Shown here: positions 52,031-64,000 of the stretch, in pieces
Layout of the letters: the number at the start of each line of letters is the position of its first letter
Position numbering within the stretch: the stretch's first letter is position 1
NCBI RefSeq assembly: GCF_964213995.1
Contig: NC_135813.1
Span: forward strand, 93,496,001-93,560,000
Direction: 5' to 3'
Length of the DNA: 64,000 bases
DNA from: Mustelus asterias
Taxonomy: Eukaryota
The notes under the pieces: model-generated
The model's database searches: none
What the model saw: the letters and a program-made list of their open reading frames with translations, nothing else
What the model was told of the DNA's origin: nothing
Made by a program: the position numbers and the translations under genes

Positions 52031-52360
52031 GGACGGCACGGTGGCACAGTGGTTAGCACTGATGTCTCACAGCACCAGGGACCCAGGTTCAATTCCAGCC
52101 TTGGGTCACTATCTGTGAGGAGTTTGCACATTCTCCCCGTGTCTGCGTGGGTTTCCACTGGATGTTCTGGTTTCCTCCCACAGTCCAAAGATATACAGGT
52201 TACGTGGATTGACCATGGGTAAATTGTCCCTTAGTGTCAGGGGGACTGGCAGGGTGAACGTGGGGATTATGGAGATGGGACCTGGGTGGGATTGTCATCG
52301 GTACAGGCTCGATGGGCCAAATGGCCTCCTTCTGCACAGTAGGGATTCTATGATTCTATT
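52031..52360 (+). mobile_element. HE1-type V-SINE, tail A
   Basis: Same family. Further copies at ~5186-5392, 18872-19406, 19914-20175, 33392-33650, 40612-40930, 53476-53800, 55978-56282, 56890-57200 and 59869-60197. Confidence 0.85.
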
Positions 52361-53219
52361 ACTCTATGCTTTATCAAATGTCCTCTTTTGTTATAATAAA
52401 AACATTCTGTCTTCTGAAATTGACATGATTCAGGAAGGTGATTACCTCCACATTGTTAACATTCCACTTTAAGCATTGCTGACTGGTTGCCTATTCTGTA
52501 CCTTCTTGTTTTGTTGGTGACTGAAATTGTTTCCCGCTTTGCGACTGCTTTGGTGGTTTTGAGTCATAGCTGGCTGCAGATTCCCACCCTAACTGGTGGA
52601 TGGCATTATTTTGTGGGCTCTGCAACTCTTGTGCACCATTTTCAGTGCTTTCCATGGCCGACACTATCGCTACTTCTCATTTAAAGTTTATGTCAACCTC
52701 TGCAAGCAATCTGCATTGAATAGTGTCAATGCTCTTGCCGCAAACAAACCTATCCCACAACAAGTCATTCAGGTGGCTCACAAATCACAATACTCTGATA
52801 ATTGCTTGAGTTTAGCAATGTAAGTCACAATCGGTTCACATGGGGCTCTCACCCTCAAATTAAATTTGAATGTCTGGAGTATGACTGATGGTTGACCTTC
52901 ACTAAATCCACAAGCTCATTAAACGATTTGGAGTTGGGCAAGCTTGGCAAGACTGTGAATAAGGTTATAAGTCTGAGTTACACAAACACAGGAGAATTGC
53001 TTTATGTTTTGCCTCCTCCCCTATTTTGTTTGGTTGGAAATAAAACCCAAGGTGCTCGACGTATTGTGTCCAGTCCTCTGTGGAGGAGTCTAATTTGTCT
53101 GTTTGCCCAAAGAGACGCAATCTGGTGAGTATATTTTTGCCTCAGACTTCGATTAAAACAGGATACTCACAGGTGTCGGGCCAGAGGAAGTGCCAGGATA
53201 ATTTATCCTCATCACCAGA

Positions 53220-53438
53220 TGTAAAGATGCATTTTTACAGACCTCATTAATGAACACAAAAGGTATTTATTAATAAGAATTCTACAACAACCACATGACT
53301 GTGGACCAGCTCCCCGAAATGTCTCTGCCTAGAAGCCTCTCTCACCATGGGATGATTCCATACTCTGAGTCCCGATTGGTTGGCCAGGCCTGGTGAACCT
53401 TACTCTGCTGTATTGCCCTTCAAGGGACAATCACCACA
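53220..53438. repeat. Short TG...CA-bounded LTR-like repeat
   Basis: A second copy at 50863-51681 is split by a CR1 fragment. Both begin TGTA and end ATCACCACA. No clear target-site duplication. Confidence 0.5.
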
Positions 53439-53878
53439 GGTAGAAAGCAGAAAACTATTCAGTTTGCCAGTTATTCATAGAATAGAATCCTACAGTGCAG
53501 AAAGAGGCCATTCGGCCCATTGAGTCTGCACCGACCACAATCCCACCCAGGCCCTATCCACATATCCCTATATATTTACCCACTAACCCCTCTAACCTAT
53601 GCATCCCGGGACACTAAGGGGCAAGTTAGAATGGCCAATCAACCTAGCCTGCACATTTTTGGCCTGTGGGAGGAAACCTGAGCACCCGGAGGAAACCCAC
53701 GCAGACACAGGGAGAGTGTCGCAAACTCCACACAGGCAGCGACCCAAGCCGGGATTCGAACCCAGGTCCAGGTCCTAACCACTGTGCTACCGTGCCGCCC
53801 AGTTCCGAAATCCCAACACCCGAATACATGAAATTAGATTTAGCAAGGTTGAACTGACACCTCGATATTAGCTCTGAC

Positions 53879-54049
53879 CTTAACAGTTCCCTCTGTTTCC
53901 ACAAACCACCTCCGCAGCATGGACTGAATGTGGCCATCACTCAGTTCCTGATTTGCTTTTATGATTTCTTGTTTGACCATTTCTTCCAGCAGCAGACGGC
54001 GGAGACGCCAATAGAAAAACGCGCGCACAGTCTTCCACTCGAGGATATC
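53879..54049 (-). CDS. ACACB: ACACB coding exon
   Basis: 171 nt. Encodes [57 protein letters not shown]. Confidence 0.95.
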
Positions 54050-54084
54050 CTGAAAGAGAACAAACGCCGCAGTCAGATCCAAAG

Positions 54085-54440
54085 AATGAAGCAAAATAGA
54101 GCACAGGAACAGGCCCTTCGGCCCTCCAAGCCTGCACCGACCATGCTGCCCGACTGAACTAAAACCCCCTATCCTTCTGGGGGACCATATCCCTCTATTC
54201 CGATCCTATTCATGTATTTGTCCAGATGCCCCTTAAAAGTCACTATCGTATCTGCTTCCACTACCTCCTCCCGGCAGTGAGTTCCAGGCACCCACCACCC
54301 TCTGTGTAAACAACTTGCTTCGTACATCTCCTTTAAACCTTGCCCCTCGCACCTTAGACCTGTGCCCCCTAGTAATTGACTCTTCCACCCTGGGAAAAAG
54401 CTTCTGACTATCCACTCTGTCCATGCCCCTCATAATCTTG
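54085..54440 (-). mobile_element. CR1 LINE 3' fragment
   Basis: KIMRGMDRVDSQKLFPRVEESITRGH plus 3' UTR. A related copy lies at ~11440-11640. Confidence 0.85.
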
Positions 54441-56392
54441 TGCACCAGAGTGGGTACACCCCCATTTCAATCGCCCCTCTGATGCCTATTATTTTCAAAC
54501 CCCCTGCCTCGTATTGGCTAATAATTTGTGGTGATTTGAAAATCGAAAGCTGGTAGTGATGCACCCTCAGATTTTTCTCTCTCATCTTTGCCCCCCTCAT
54601 CTCCAGAGTCTGGGCCGTAAGCGTACGTTCTTTTGCGATGGGTGGCAAAGGGAGTGGGTAATGCCTGCATGGTTTCAAGTTAATGGGCCCACTGGAGGTG
54701 CAGTTCCCAGAAACATCCCGGCGGGGGAAAGGTTTGGCAACTGTAAAGGCTGTCCACCCTGGGAAAAAGCTTCACAGTGGCAGGCAGGCAATAAAATGAA
54801 GTGAAGCTTTTTCCCAGGACAGCTTGACAGCAGCATTGGGAAACTGCGCTATAAGAGGACACTCAGTCACCACGACTCATCTGATAAGTGAAGGCATAAT
54901 AGCGGATGACAAAACTAAGGCGCAAACTATAAAGGTTAGTGGGCACATCCCATTATTCCTTCCTTCCCTCTCAATCCCTGCCTCCCGTCCACCAACCAAA
55001 ATCTTAAGCTTCCTGTGTATACCTGTTCCCCTATCCCTAGCAAGTTGCCAGAAATATGGTAAGGCCTTAAGAACGGTCAAGGATAATCATGTGGATCTGA
55101 GATTAAGCTGCCCATGGGGAAAAAAACAGAACTATGCAAAATGCAAAATATGCAGGGACCTTCTTTCACATGAACTGTAGAAACTTTGGATGTCATTTTA
55201 CAGTCCCGTCGTGGTGGCGGGCAGGGTTGTAAAATGCAGTGAGCCATTCAAAACTCCACTGACTTCAGCAGGATTGGAAAATCGTACCAGCGTAAAACTG
55301 TGTTTACTTCAGGGGTTTTACCAAGACACGGCCTGTAGTTTTCCAGCCCCAGCCCCGTGATGTGCTTTCCAGCAGCAGATCGCAATTGGCTGATGGCTGA
55401 TCTTCCAGTCCCGCCGTGATTTACAGCGTTTTGTATGGTTCACTCACCCCAATGCCAGGGAACCTGCTGCAGGGGGTCACCTTCGGCTGGACCGGAAGAT
55501 GCCGCTGGCAGGAAGGACTGGAAAATTCCACGCATGGTAAATAATTCTTACCCAGCCAATGTAATTACAAAAGGTACAAGAGTGCTTGGGTATAATGGGA
55601 AAACTTGGGTATAATGGATTTGTGTAGCGGTAAAATGTTACAGGGTTCAAATCTACTTAAGGTTTTTAATGAGATTGTAAATAATATAGGCTATCTTCCA
55701 ACATTTCCTCCTCTTATGGTGTCTCTTCACTGTCTGCAACAGTAAACATGATGAAAACTCTGAGCAGTCAGCTATAGAGTCGCATTTTTCCCCGTGGCCT
55801 CCGTTTTTGTATGGTCAAGATCAGGATGTCAACCTATGGAGAATATCAGGTGCTAAATGTGCCCCCAAGCCCCTCCATCACCCCCAAATCTCACCGTTCC
55901 CTTCCTGCAGAACAGTACCTTGTTGTTATAAAACCCTTTACCCACCAGAACAGCTGGGATTAGGACCTCATCATAAATCATAGAATTCCTACTGTGCAGA
56001 AAGAGGCCATTTGGCCCATCAAGCCTGCACCAAAAACAATCCTATCTAGGTCTTATCCCCCGTACCCCATGAATTTACCCTGTTAAACCCCCTGACACTA
56101 AGGGGCAATTTTAGCATGGCCAATCAACCTAACCTGCATGTCTTTGGAGTGTGGGAGGAAACCGGAGCACCCGGAGGAAACCCAGGCAGACACGGGGAGA
56201 AGGTGCAAACTCCACACAAACAGTGACCCAAGCCGGGAATCGAACCCTGGTCCCTGGCGCTGTGAGGCAGCAGTGCCAACCATTAGGTGGAATGGTGGCT
56301 ATTAAACCACATTCTATACCACAGCAGTGCTGAGCCACTTTCCATCTAACTGCTCATAAAGACTGAGAAGGTGAAAGTGAATTCTCTTTTAC

Positions 56393-56547
56393 CGTAATAA
56401 CTCCTTTCTCCTGCATCCGGCCAGGTGTGTCGTGAAGGCTGGCAAACTGGACTGCCACTTGGTGGTAAATTGGATACAGGAAGTCCTCCCGTGCTTTGAA
56501 TTTGTCTTCTAGTTCCTTACGGACCTTCTCAGACAACTCTGGAAAAC
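56393..56547 (-). CDS. ACACB: ACACB coding exon (carboxyltransferase region)
   Basis: Encodes (G)[55 protein letters not shown] boundaries. Confidence 0.95.
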
Positions 56548-56658
56548 CTACAAAAGTTAAGCAAGCACAGGGCAGAGGATCAAGCAATGGCACAAATGGG
56601 GAGGGACATCTATGTTTCAGATGAAGATGTTTTGATGACATGGTAGCATTTTCCTTAC

Positions 56659-56771
56659 CCAGCTGATCTGCCAGGCCTGAGTAAATGGGGTCAATTCTCC
56701 TCATTGTCTTCACCAAGTCTTTCCGCCTGAACTTGATCTCCACAGTGCCTTCAGGCTCCAGCACCCCACCC
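56659..56771 (-). CDS. ACACB: ACACB coding exon (carboxyltransferase region)
   Basis: Encodes (R)[37 protein letters not shown]. ctcag acceptor, g|gtaagg donor. Confidence 0.95.
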
Positions 56772-57319
56772 CTGAGGAGTGAGGAAAGGAGAGAGAGTTC
56801 TGTAGAGCGTGTTTCATGTTCAATCATAGTTAGGAATCAATGAATTGCAAAGGTCATTTTGAAAAGCTGTTAATAAGGATGTCAAATTGAGGTGGCACGG
56901 TGGCACAGTGGTTAGCACTGCTTCCTCACAGCGCCAGGGACCCAGGTTCAATTCCAGCCTCGGGTGACTGTCTATGTGGAGTTTGCACTTTCACCCTGTG
57001 TCTTCATGGGTTTCCCAGTTTCCTTCCACGGTCTAAAGATGTGCGGGTTAGGTGGATTGGCCATGCTAAATTGTCCCTTAGTGTCAGGGGGATTAGCAGG
57101 GTAAATACACGGTGTTATGGGAATTGGCTCTGGCTGGGATTGTTGCCAGTGCTGGCTCAATGGGCCGAATGGCCTCTTTCTGTACCGTAGGGATTCTATG
57201 AAATCTGAATTTGGAGCAAGTTAGGTTAAAATGCTACCTTTTAACCCTTTGAGAGAGTTTCATCCTCCTAACCTTCCTCCCAACTCTTTACATTCTTCAG
57301 TATAAAGTACTCCCAAGGT

Positions 57320-57600
57320 CTTGCGTTGCACTGGTCATGTCCCTATCTCTGAGCCAGAAACTTCAGGTTAGAGTCCCACCCTGGAACGTGGTGGTCATGG
57401 AAAGTGCATTCATAACTAGTCCAAACAGGTTGATTATCAATGCATCTATGGCAGGCAGTCAGAGCAGGAGAGATTTCCGGTCAGTCTGAACCCGCAGAAA
57501 GCAATGGCAAACCACCGCAGTACCTTGCCAAGCATAACCATGGGTCAACACTTGGAAATCCATGATCATCAACACCATCTTAGCGAGTGAACACGATGCG
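57320..57600 (+). mobile_element. Degenerate tRNA-headed SINE with an RTE-like segment
   Basis: GCAATGGCAAACCACCGCAGTACCTTGCC resembles the RTE/Bov-A motif ATGGCAACCCACTCCAGTATTCTTGCC. Confidence 0.45.
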
Positions 57601-57942
57601 AGAATAAAACCTCTGGACACCACCTGCCCTCCCAATGACTGATTTCCTTTACTGAGGGGGATTTTCCACCCCTGTTTTCAGCGGGTGGGAAACCTAGAGG
57701 GGATGGAGAATCCAATGAGAGTTTACGCCGGTGGGATTTCTCTTGGAGATAGTCCTCACTCCCTGCAAATGACGTAAAGGGATTCCTGCCATGAAAAGTC
57801 AGGAACCCCATCACAATATAGGTCATTAGTGGGGCTCCCCACTGTGTTATACCACCCCCTCTCCCCCATAAGGATTTCACCCCTCGCCAGCATGACGTCA
57901 TGTTGGCGGGGTTTACAACTAGTCCTCACAAATGGAGGAGTC

Positions 57943-58519
57943 ATAGAGTCAGAGAGGTTTACAGCGTGGAAACAGGCCCTTTGGCCCAACTTGTCCATGC
58001 CGCCCTTTATTTAAACCCCCTAAGCTAGTCCCAATTGCTCCCGTTTGGCCCATATCCCTCTATACCCATCTTACCTATGTAGTTGTCTAAACGCTTTTTA
58101 AAAGACAAAATTGTACCCGCCTCTACTACTACCTCTGGCAGCTTGTTCCCGACACTCACCACCCTCTGTGTGAAAAAATTGCCCCTCTGGACACTTTTGT
58201 ATCTCTCCTCTCTCACCTTAAACCTATGCCCTCTAGTTTTAGACTCGCCTACCTTTGGGAAAGGATATTGACTATCTAGCTGATCTATGCCCCTCATTAT
58301 TTTATAGACCTGTATAAGATGACCCCTAAGCCTTCTATGCTCCAGGGAAAAAAGTCCCAGTCTATCCAGCCTCTCCTTATAACTCAAACCATCAAGTCCC
58401 GATAGCATCCTAGTAAATCTTTTCTGCACTCTTTCTAGTTTAATAATATCCTTTCTATAATAGGGTGACCAGAACTGTACACAGTATTCCAAGTGTGGCC
58501 TTATCAATGTCTTGTACAG
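57943..58519 (-). mobile_element. CR1 LINE 3' fragment
   Basis: LYKTLIRPHLEYCVQFWSP...TRGHRFKV plus 3' tail. A related fragment lies on + at ~39985-40295. Confidence 0.9.
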
Positions 58520-59456
58520 AGACCTGGTTAATGGTCTCGCTGGGGGCACACAGGTAAGTATATCCCCCGAGGGAGGGGAAGAGTCATGTCCAGGCAGTAA
58601 CTGAGCACTGCCACCTGGCACTGCCACCCGATCTCTCAGGAGCTAAGGTTGCTGGCTCATTCAGAGCCACCCCACCAGCATGATTTCGTGCGACCTGCCC
58701 TTAACTTTTTCTTTTCTAAGTGTTTGAAAATACGGCAGGAAACCTCAGCAAGGCAGCTACCTCTGCTTTTCTCGTCGCAAGCAGTACTTCAAAAAAAAAT
58801 TGAAACATTCCACCCATTGGGCAGGATTTTCTGGCCGCACTCGCCCCAAGCCCGAGGTCAACGGACGGGACGGGAAAATTCCACCCATTGTCTTACTCTT
58901 GCCAATTTTTTGCCCTGTTCTGCAGCTATTAACTCTTCATTCAGATGCAGTTCCACAGCCAATGAAAATAAAAATGAGGCGAGATGCAAAATGGCTTACA
59001 AATTGCTATCACTCATTTTATGTCTCTCCCACAATGTCAGCATTTACCCTTTTGTGTGGAAGATCCTAGACACTGACTTATATTCCAATTCCATGGCATG
59101 GTGCTCTGTGGAAAGCAGATACTTCACTCCATCAATTAAACTCCTCATTGTAGTTAGCCGAGGACAAGATGGCAATTATTTCAGCTGACATTAGCCAAGT
59201 GAATGGATAGGGGAACAAAATATCTAAAGCAGACTTTTCATCAAGGATATTTGATCGTATTTGCCATACTAAATTATCCCTCAGTGTACCCAAACAGGTG
59301 CCGGAGTGTGGCAACTAGGGGATTTTCACAGTAACTTCATTACAGTGTTAATGTAAGCCTACTTGTGATGCCAATAAACAAACAAAAAAAAAATTTTGAT
59401 GGGTCCTTGTTACATTCACCTGATAATGGAATTTATGCACATTGTTTTACCAGTAC

Positions 59457-59634
59457 CTGCTTTCTCGGTCTGCGTAGAGTTCAATGTAAAGTGGATTGAT
59501 TGTAGGATCAATAACAGCCCATGAGCCACCTCGGAGTTCAGCGTGAGGTGGGATGTAAACCAGGACAGGCTGCTGGAACTCCCTCAAACTGTCCACGATA
59601 CTGGCACCAAACTTCAGAACCTGGTCGTACATAT
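59457..59634 (-). CDS. ACACB: ACACB coding exon (carboxyltransferase region)
   Basis: Encodes (D)[58 protein letters not shown], with the ELRGGSW motif. Confidence 0.96.
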
Positions 59635-61348
59635 CTAATGGAAAAAGGCAAGGAAATGGATTCAGACAGTCCACGGTGGATTCATCATCGACTCAACAGA
59701 AGGGCAGCCAGAAGGAGTCTTCATCTTCAGCCACTTGTCAAGTTTTTCTGGCATGTTAGGAACATGAAAACAAAAAGTAGAAACATTTCAGATCATATCA
59801 AAGGAGGTCATTACAACCTCAAGTGGAGCTGGGCACCCGTGAACAGATAACAGTGGAACCTCCACATTTCATAGAATCATAGAATCCTACAGTGCAAAAG
59901 GAGGCCATTCGGCCCATCAAGTCTGCACCGACCACAATCCCATCCAGGCCCTATCTCCATAACCCCATGCATTTACCCTAGCTAGTCCCCCTGACACTAA
60001 GGGGCAATTTAGCATGGCCGATCAACCTAACCCGCACATCTCTGGACCGTGGGAGGAAACCAGAGCACCCGGAGGAAACCCATGCAGACACAGGGAGAAT
60101 GTGCAAACTCTACACAGACAGTGCCCTAAGCCAGGACTCGAACCTGGGTCCATGGCGCTGAGGCAGCAGTGCTAACCACGGTGCCACCGTGCCACCCAAG
60201 AGGACTTCAAAGGGTTCTGCTCTCACCTGCAGTTTCTGACAGGGAAAAAGGGAAATCTCTGCTGCAGAATGGAGTGCTGCAATGATTTAAAATCCTGCCA
60301 AGTGACCGGGGAGCATGGAGGTTAAAGTGACCTCGCCACTTCAGAATTTTCACAGCTGACAGGCAGGAAAGCAAATGCTTCGATCATCTACCTTTCCAAT
60401 TGCCCACCACAATCTTCACAAACAAAGCCATGCGCACGATTTCACCTCATTGCCAAGCTCCCAGCCTCCTTTGTGCCCTTTAGGCATACTTGTGACACTT
60501 GTAGCTGATTGAGCTACATTTTTTTGTTATCTGTGTCTCTAAATCTGTGTGCCTAGAGTATGTTGTGCTCCACATGAAAGTCCAAACAGTGGCAACTATC
60601 AATAATCCAGCAGGCATTCCTTCTGTGTTGGAGGTTAGTCTGAATTTTAAAAATTGTTGATTGAGAAACCAGGTTGGAAAATAAACAGATCAACAAGGCC
60701 ATCTCATGTTGGATTCTTGCCAATTATTTAATGGATCCCAATTGAATAGCTGGATAAAGGAAAATGTTTGAAGGTCTATTGAACAAAATGCATTTATTTG
60801 CTTGCTTGCTTGCAAGATAAACGCCGAGACAGACAGACTGGGCTGGAAAGCCCATTTTCACATTGTAACCTCTATGTCTTTCTCTTGTAATGGCTCGGGA
60901 AGCCTGACTGGAAAGGAACAGTTTATACAGAATGCAAAGTAAAACCACTACCGTGGTGTACACATACTAGTCCCTGCCTGGGACTGCAGTACAGCAGGCC
61001 CAGTCCTGGGCCTGCCTTATAAAAGGCTCATGTAATGAGTTCCAGCTGGGCAGACCACTGCCAGTTACCAGGGGAACTCGTACTCAGTGAGCCCCACTGG
61101 GAGATCAATCAGTGATTCTCCATGGACCCCGTGGGGGTTGTCACATCTATGTATAAATGTAATGCTTGGTGGGAGATGAAGTGATGCAGTTGGAGCTTGT
61201 GGTTACGATGAAGTCATTTAGAAAGCTAGTCCCTTCTTAAAATAATTATGTTTTCTTCCCAAAAGATGCTCGCCGGCCTCACTACGACCAGTAAGGAATA
61301 CATCCTCGATATGTCATAGAACAATCTGTGCACGGGCGCACAAACATT

Positions 61349-62071
61349 ACAAAAATAAAAACAGAAAACGGCGGATAAACTCAGCAGGTCCGGCAGCATC
61401 TGTGCCGTGAGAAACAGAGTTAACATTCAAGTCATCGTCTGGCTCTCGTTCCCACATGTCTGTCCTTGGCCCACTGCAATGCTCCACTGAAACCCAACAC
61501 GAACAGGAGAAACAACACTTCACCTTCAGATTAGATACGTTACAACCTTCTGGACTCAACATTGAGTTTGACAACTTTAGACTGTGAACGTTCCCCTCCA
61601 TATTGACACCACTTTTGTTTTTCATTTTCATTGTCCCAATGCTATACACCCCCACTCTCTCCCACTGGACCATCTGTCACTTGTTCTTCAGTTTGGCTTT
61701 CACTCAACACTGATTTATGTTCTCCTATTAACACATTCTGCTTTCTTATCTTTATGCCACTATCAGCACCTTATTTAAGTCCTTAATGCTACCATTAACA
61801 CTCTCTTTATCTTGTGTTCCTGACAACTTGGCCAATCTCCCCTTAGCTCTGACCTATCCCTGACCTTCTATTCTACCCCACCTCCTCCACCACCCTGTTT
61901 AACTATATAATTGATCACATTTCTACCCTCTTCAGCCTCTGAAGAAGAGTCATATGGACTCAAAACGTTAACTCTGTTTCTCTCCCCGTGGATGCTACCA
62001 GACCTGCTGAGCTTATCCAGCGTTTTCTGTTTTTATTTCAGATTTCCAGCATCCTCAGTATTTTGCCTTTA
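61349..62071 (+). mobile_element. Penelope-like element: inverted terminal repeat, GIY-YIG C-terminal remnant, and 3' terminal repeat
   Basis: ~61450-61587 reads SHMSVLGPLQCSTETQHEQEKQHFTFRLDTLQPSGLNIEFDNFRL*, a typical PLE ORF end. ~61350-61435 is an inverted copy of ~61960-62040. Confidence 0.8.
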
Positions 62072-62123
62072 TGCAAACGCTGCAGAGAATTGCGATGCAA
62101 GACTGGAATTAATCAGGCCTTAC

Positions 62124-62259
62124 CTTTCATTCCACCAGAAAACCCTCGCCAATTCGCAAACACAATAAGGGGGAGTCGCTCCCGTTTGAAATCCTTGATG
62201 ACCTGTGCAGTTTTAAAAGCAGAGTCTGGAAACCAGACCTGACCAGCTTGCTGAACAAT
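62124..62259 (-). CDS. ACACB: ACACB coding exon (most upstream in the window; absent from the ORF track)
   Basis: Reverse complement reads [45 protein letters not shown]. acag acceptor, g|gtaagg donor. Confidence 0.96.
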
Positions 62260-62504
62260 CTGTTAAATAAAACACAAAAAGCTCATCAGGTGTATGAACT
62301 GAGCAATTTACTCAACTATCTGAGGATGACTGCAGCACACTACCCTCGCCATAATGGGGCTACAGTATGCGCTGTCACAGTGAGGCTAACAGTGCTTTGT
62401 TAGTTATGTGTAAATTGTAAAGCAGCTTCAGATACAGGGAGCTATGCAATTAAACATGAAAATCCAAAACCTCTGAGAAGTGCCTACACGCGATTAGCTT
62501 CAAA

Positions 62505-63382
62505 ACAAAGAACAAAGAACAATACAGCACAGGAACAGGCCCTTCGGCCCTCCAAGCCCGTGCCGCTCCCTGGTCCAAACTAGACCATTCTTTTGTATCC
62601 CTCCATTCCCACTCCGTTCATGTGGCTATCTAGATAAGTCTTAAACGTTCCCAGTGTGTCCGCCTCCACCATCTTGCCCGGCAGCGCATTCCAGGCCCCC
62701 ACCACCCTCTGTGTAAAATACGTCCTTCTGATATCCGTGTTAAACCTCCCCCCCCTCACCTTGAACCTATGACCCCTCGTGAACATCACCACCGATCTGG
62801 GAAAAAGCTTCCCACCGTTCACCCTATCTATGCCTTTCATAATTTTATACACCTCTATTAGGTCACCCCTCATCCTCCGTCTTTCCAGTGAGAACAACCC
62901 CAGTTTACCCAATCTCTCCTCATAACTAAGCCCTTCCATACCAGGAAACATCCTGGTAAACCTCCTCTGCACTCTCTCTAAAGCCTCCACGTCCTTCCGG
63001 TAGTGTGGCGACCAGAACTGGGCGCAGTATTCCAAATGCGGCCGAACCAACATTCTATACAACTGCAACATCAGACCCCAACTTTTATACTCTATGCCCT
63101 GTCCTATAAAGGCAAGCATGCCATATGCCTGATTCACTACCTTCTCCACCTGTGACGTCACCTTCAAGGATCTGTGGACTTGCACACCCAGGTCCCTCTG
63201 CGTATCTACACCCTTTATGGTTCTGCCATTTATCGTATAGCTCCCCCCTACGTTAGTTCTACCAAAATGCATCACTTCGCATTTATCTGGATTGAACTCC
63301 ATCTGCCATTTCTTTGCCCAGATTTCCAGCCTATCTATATCCTTCTGTAGCCTCTGACAATGTTCCTCACTATCTGCAAGTC
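62505..63382 (-). mobile_element. CR1 LINE 3' fragment
   Basis: Open RT C-terminal frame (LVRPHLEYCAQFWSP, RRRMRGDLIEVYK, TRGHRFK) with 3' UTR and short tandem tail. Confidence 0.92.
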
Positions 63383-64000
63383 CACTGCATCTCACTGTCT
63401 GATTTACTATCCAAATGCATTAAAGTTCCTGTACTCACATGATAAATATGAGCTAAACTTGCCACAGAAAATTAAGAATACCCATTTCAGTCCAAGTATT
63501 AACTACATGATAAGCGCCAATAATTGTCGGTCCTATTTTACCATTTTGATTCTAAGTGCTGAGCGGACTCGAAACTGGGAGTGTTTCAGATCCGACTTTT
63601 AGACCCTGTTCTCAGGCGCTCCCATACGCACTCTGCCTGAAAAAATATCAGCAATTCCGAATCGTGCTGCACAAGCCTGTGGGCGGGGTTTAACGCGCCC
63701 GAAATCCTGCAGCTCCGATCGGCGCCTCCCACTGCGCATGCGCAGATTAAAAAGATAGAATGTGGCTCCCCTGCCACATCACTCCTGGGCCGGATAATGC
63801 CTCCCGCTGGCCCCCACAGACATTACCCCACCCCCACAACATCACTGACCCCCTTATCCCCTCAACCCCTCCGCCACACAGACCGATGGCAGGCCATTTC
63901 CCCCTCCCCCTCACTGATCTCAGGCAGAGTGGCAGTGGACCCTCCCTTCTCCTTCACTGATCTCAGGCAACGTGGCAGCGGACCCCCCCTACCCCCTCCA

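Noticed and set aside
2941-60197. Many recurring short ORFs (AQWLALLPHSARDPGSIP..., STAASQRQGPGFDS...) and tRNA-like A/B boxes
   Set aside because: These are SINE translations and SINE heads, not protein-coding or tRNA genes.
60864-61145. Possible solo LTR (TGTAAC...GTCACA, internal TATAAAA)
   Set aside because: Single copy in the window with no clear target-site duplication. Evidence too weak to call.
45949-62259. ACACA instead of ACACB
   Set aside because: [36 protein letters not shown] and linkage to FOXN4 favour ACACB. A phylogenetic tree would confirm this.
1-64000. CRISPR arrays or prokaryotic systems
   Set aside because: No regularly spaced repeat-spacer array or operon structure. 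The sequence is intron-containing vertebrate DNA.

Overview
Eukaryotic, repeat-rich genomic DNA, most likely from a shark or other elasmobranch (about 30 HE1-type V-SINE copies, a Deu-domain SINE, CR1/L2/Rex-Babar LINEs, Penelope-like elements). Two spliced genes lie tail to tail, as they do in human. FOXN4 is on the + strand with 8 coding exons at 21977-36569 (492 aa); its first coding exon was not found and probably lies upstream of the window. ACACB is on the - strand with its last 7 coding exons at 62259-45949 (338 aa). All exons were read with GT-AG boundaries and matching phases. Highlights: (1) an uninterrupted ~2.8 kb CR1 ORF2 inserted in sense orientation in an intron within the FOXN4 forkhead domain, preceded by cryptic acceptors in frame with the upstream FOXN4 exon; (2) short palindromic Penelope-type insertions with 9-13 bp target-site duplications carrying minimal hammerhead-ribozyme-like motifs, one probably in the FOXN4 3'UTR; (3) one SINE head joined to two different LINE-like tails; (4) a candidate FOXN4 enhancer with an RFX X-box and SOX sites; (5) a stop-free, in-frame 111-nt ACACB intron. 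Identifications come from reading motifs and recalling family sequences, not from database searches. Repeat boundaries are approximate, and not every SINE or LINE fragment is listed.
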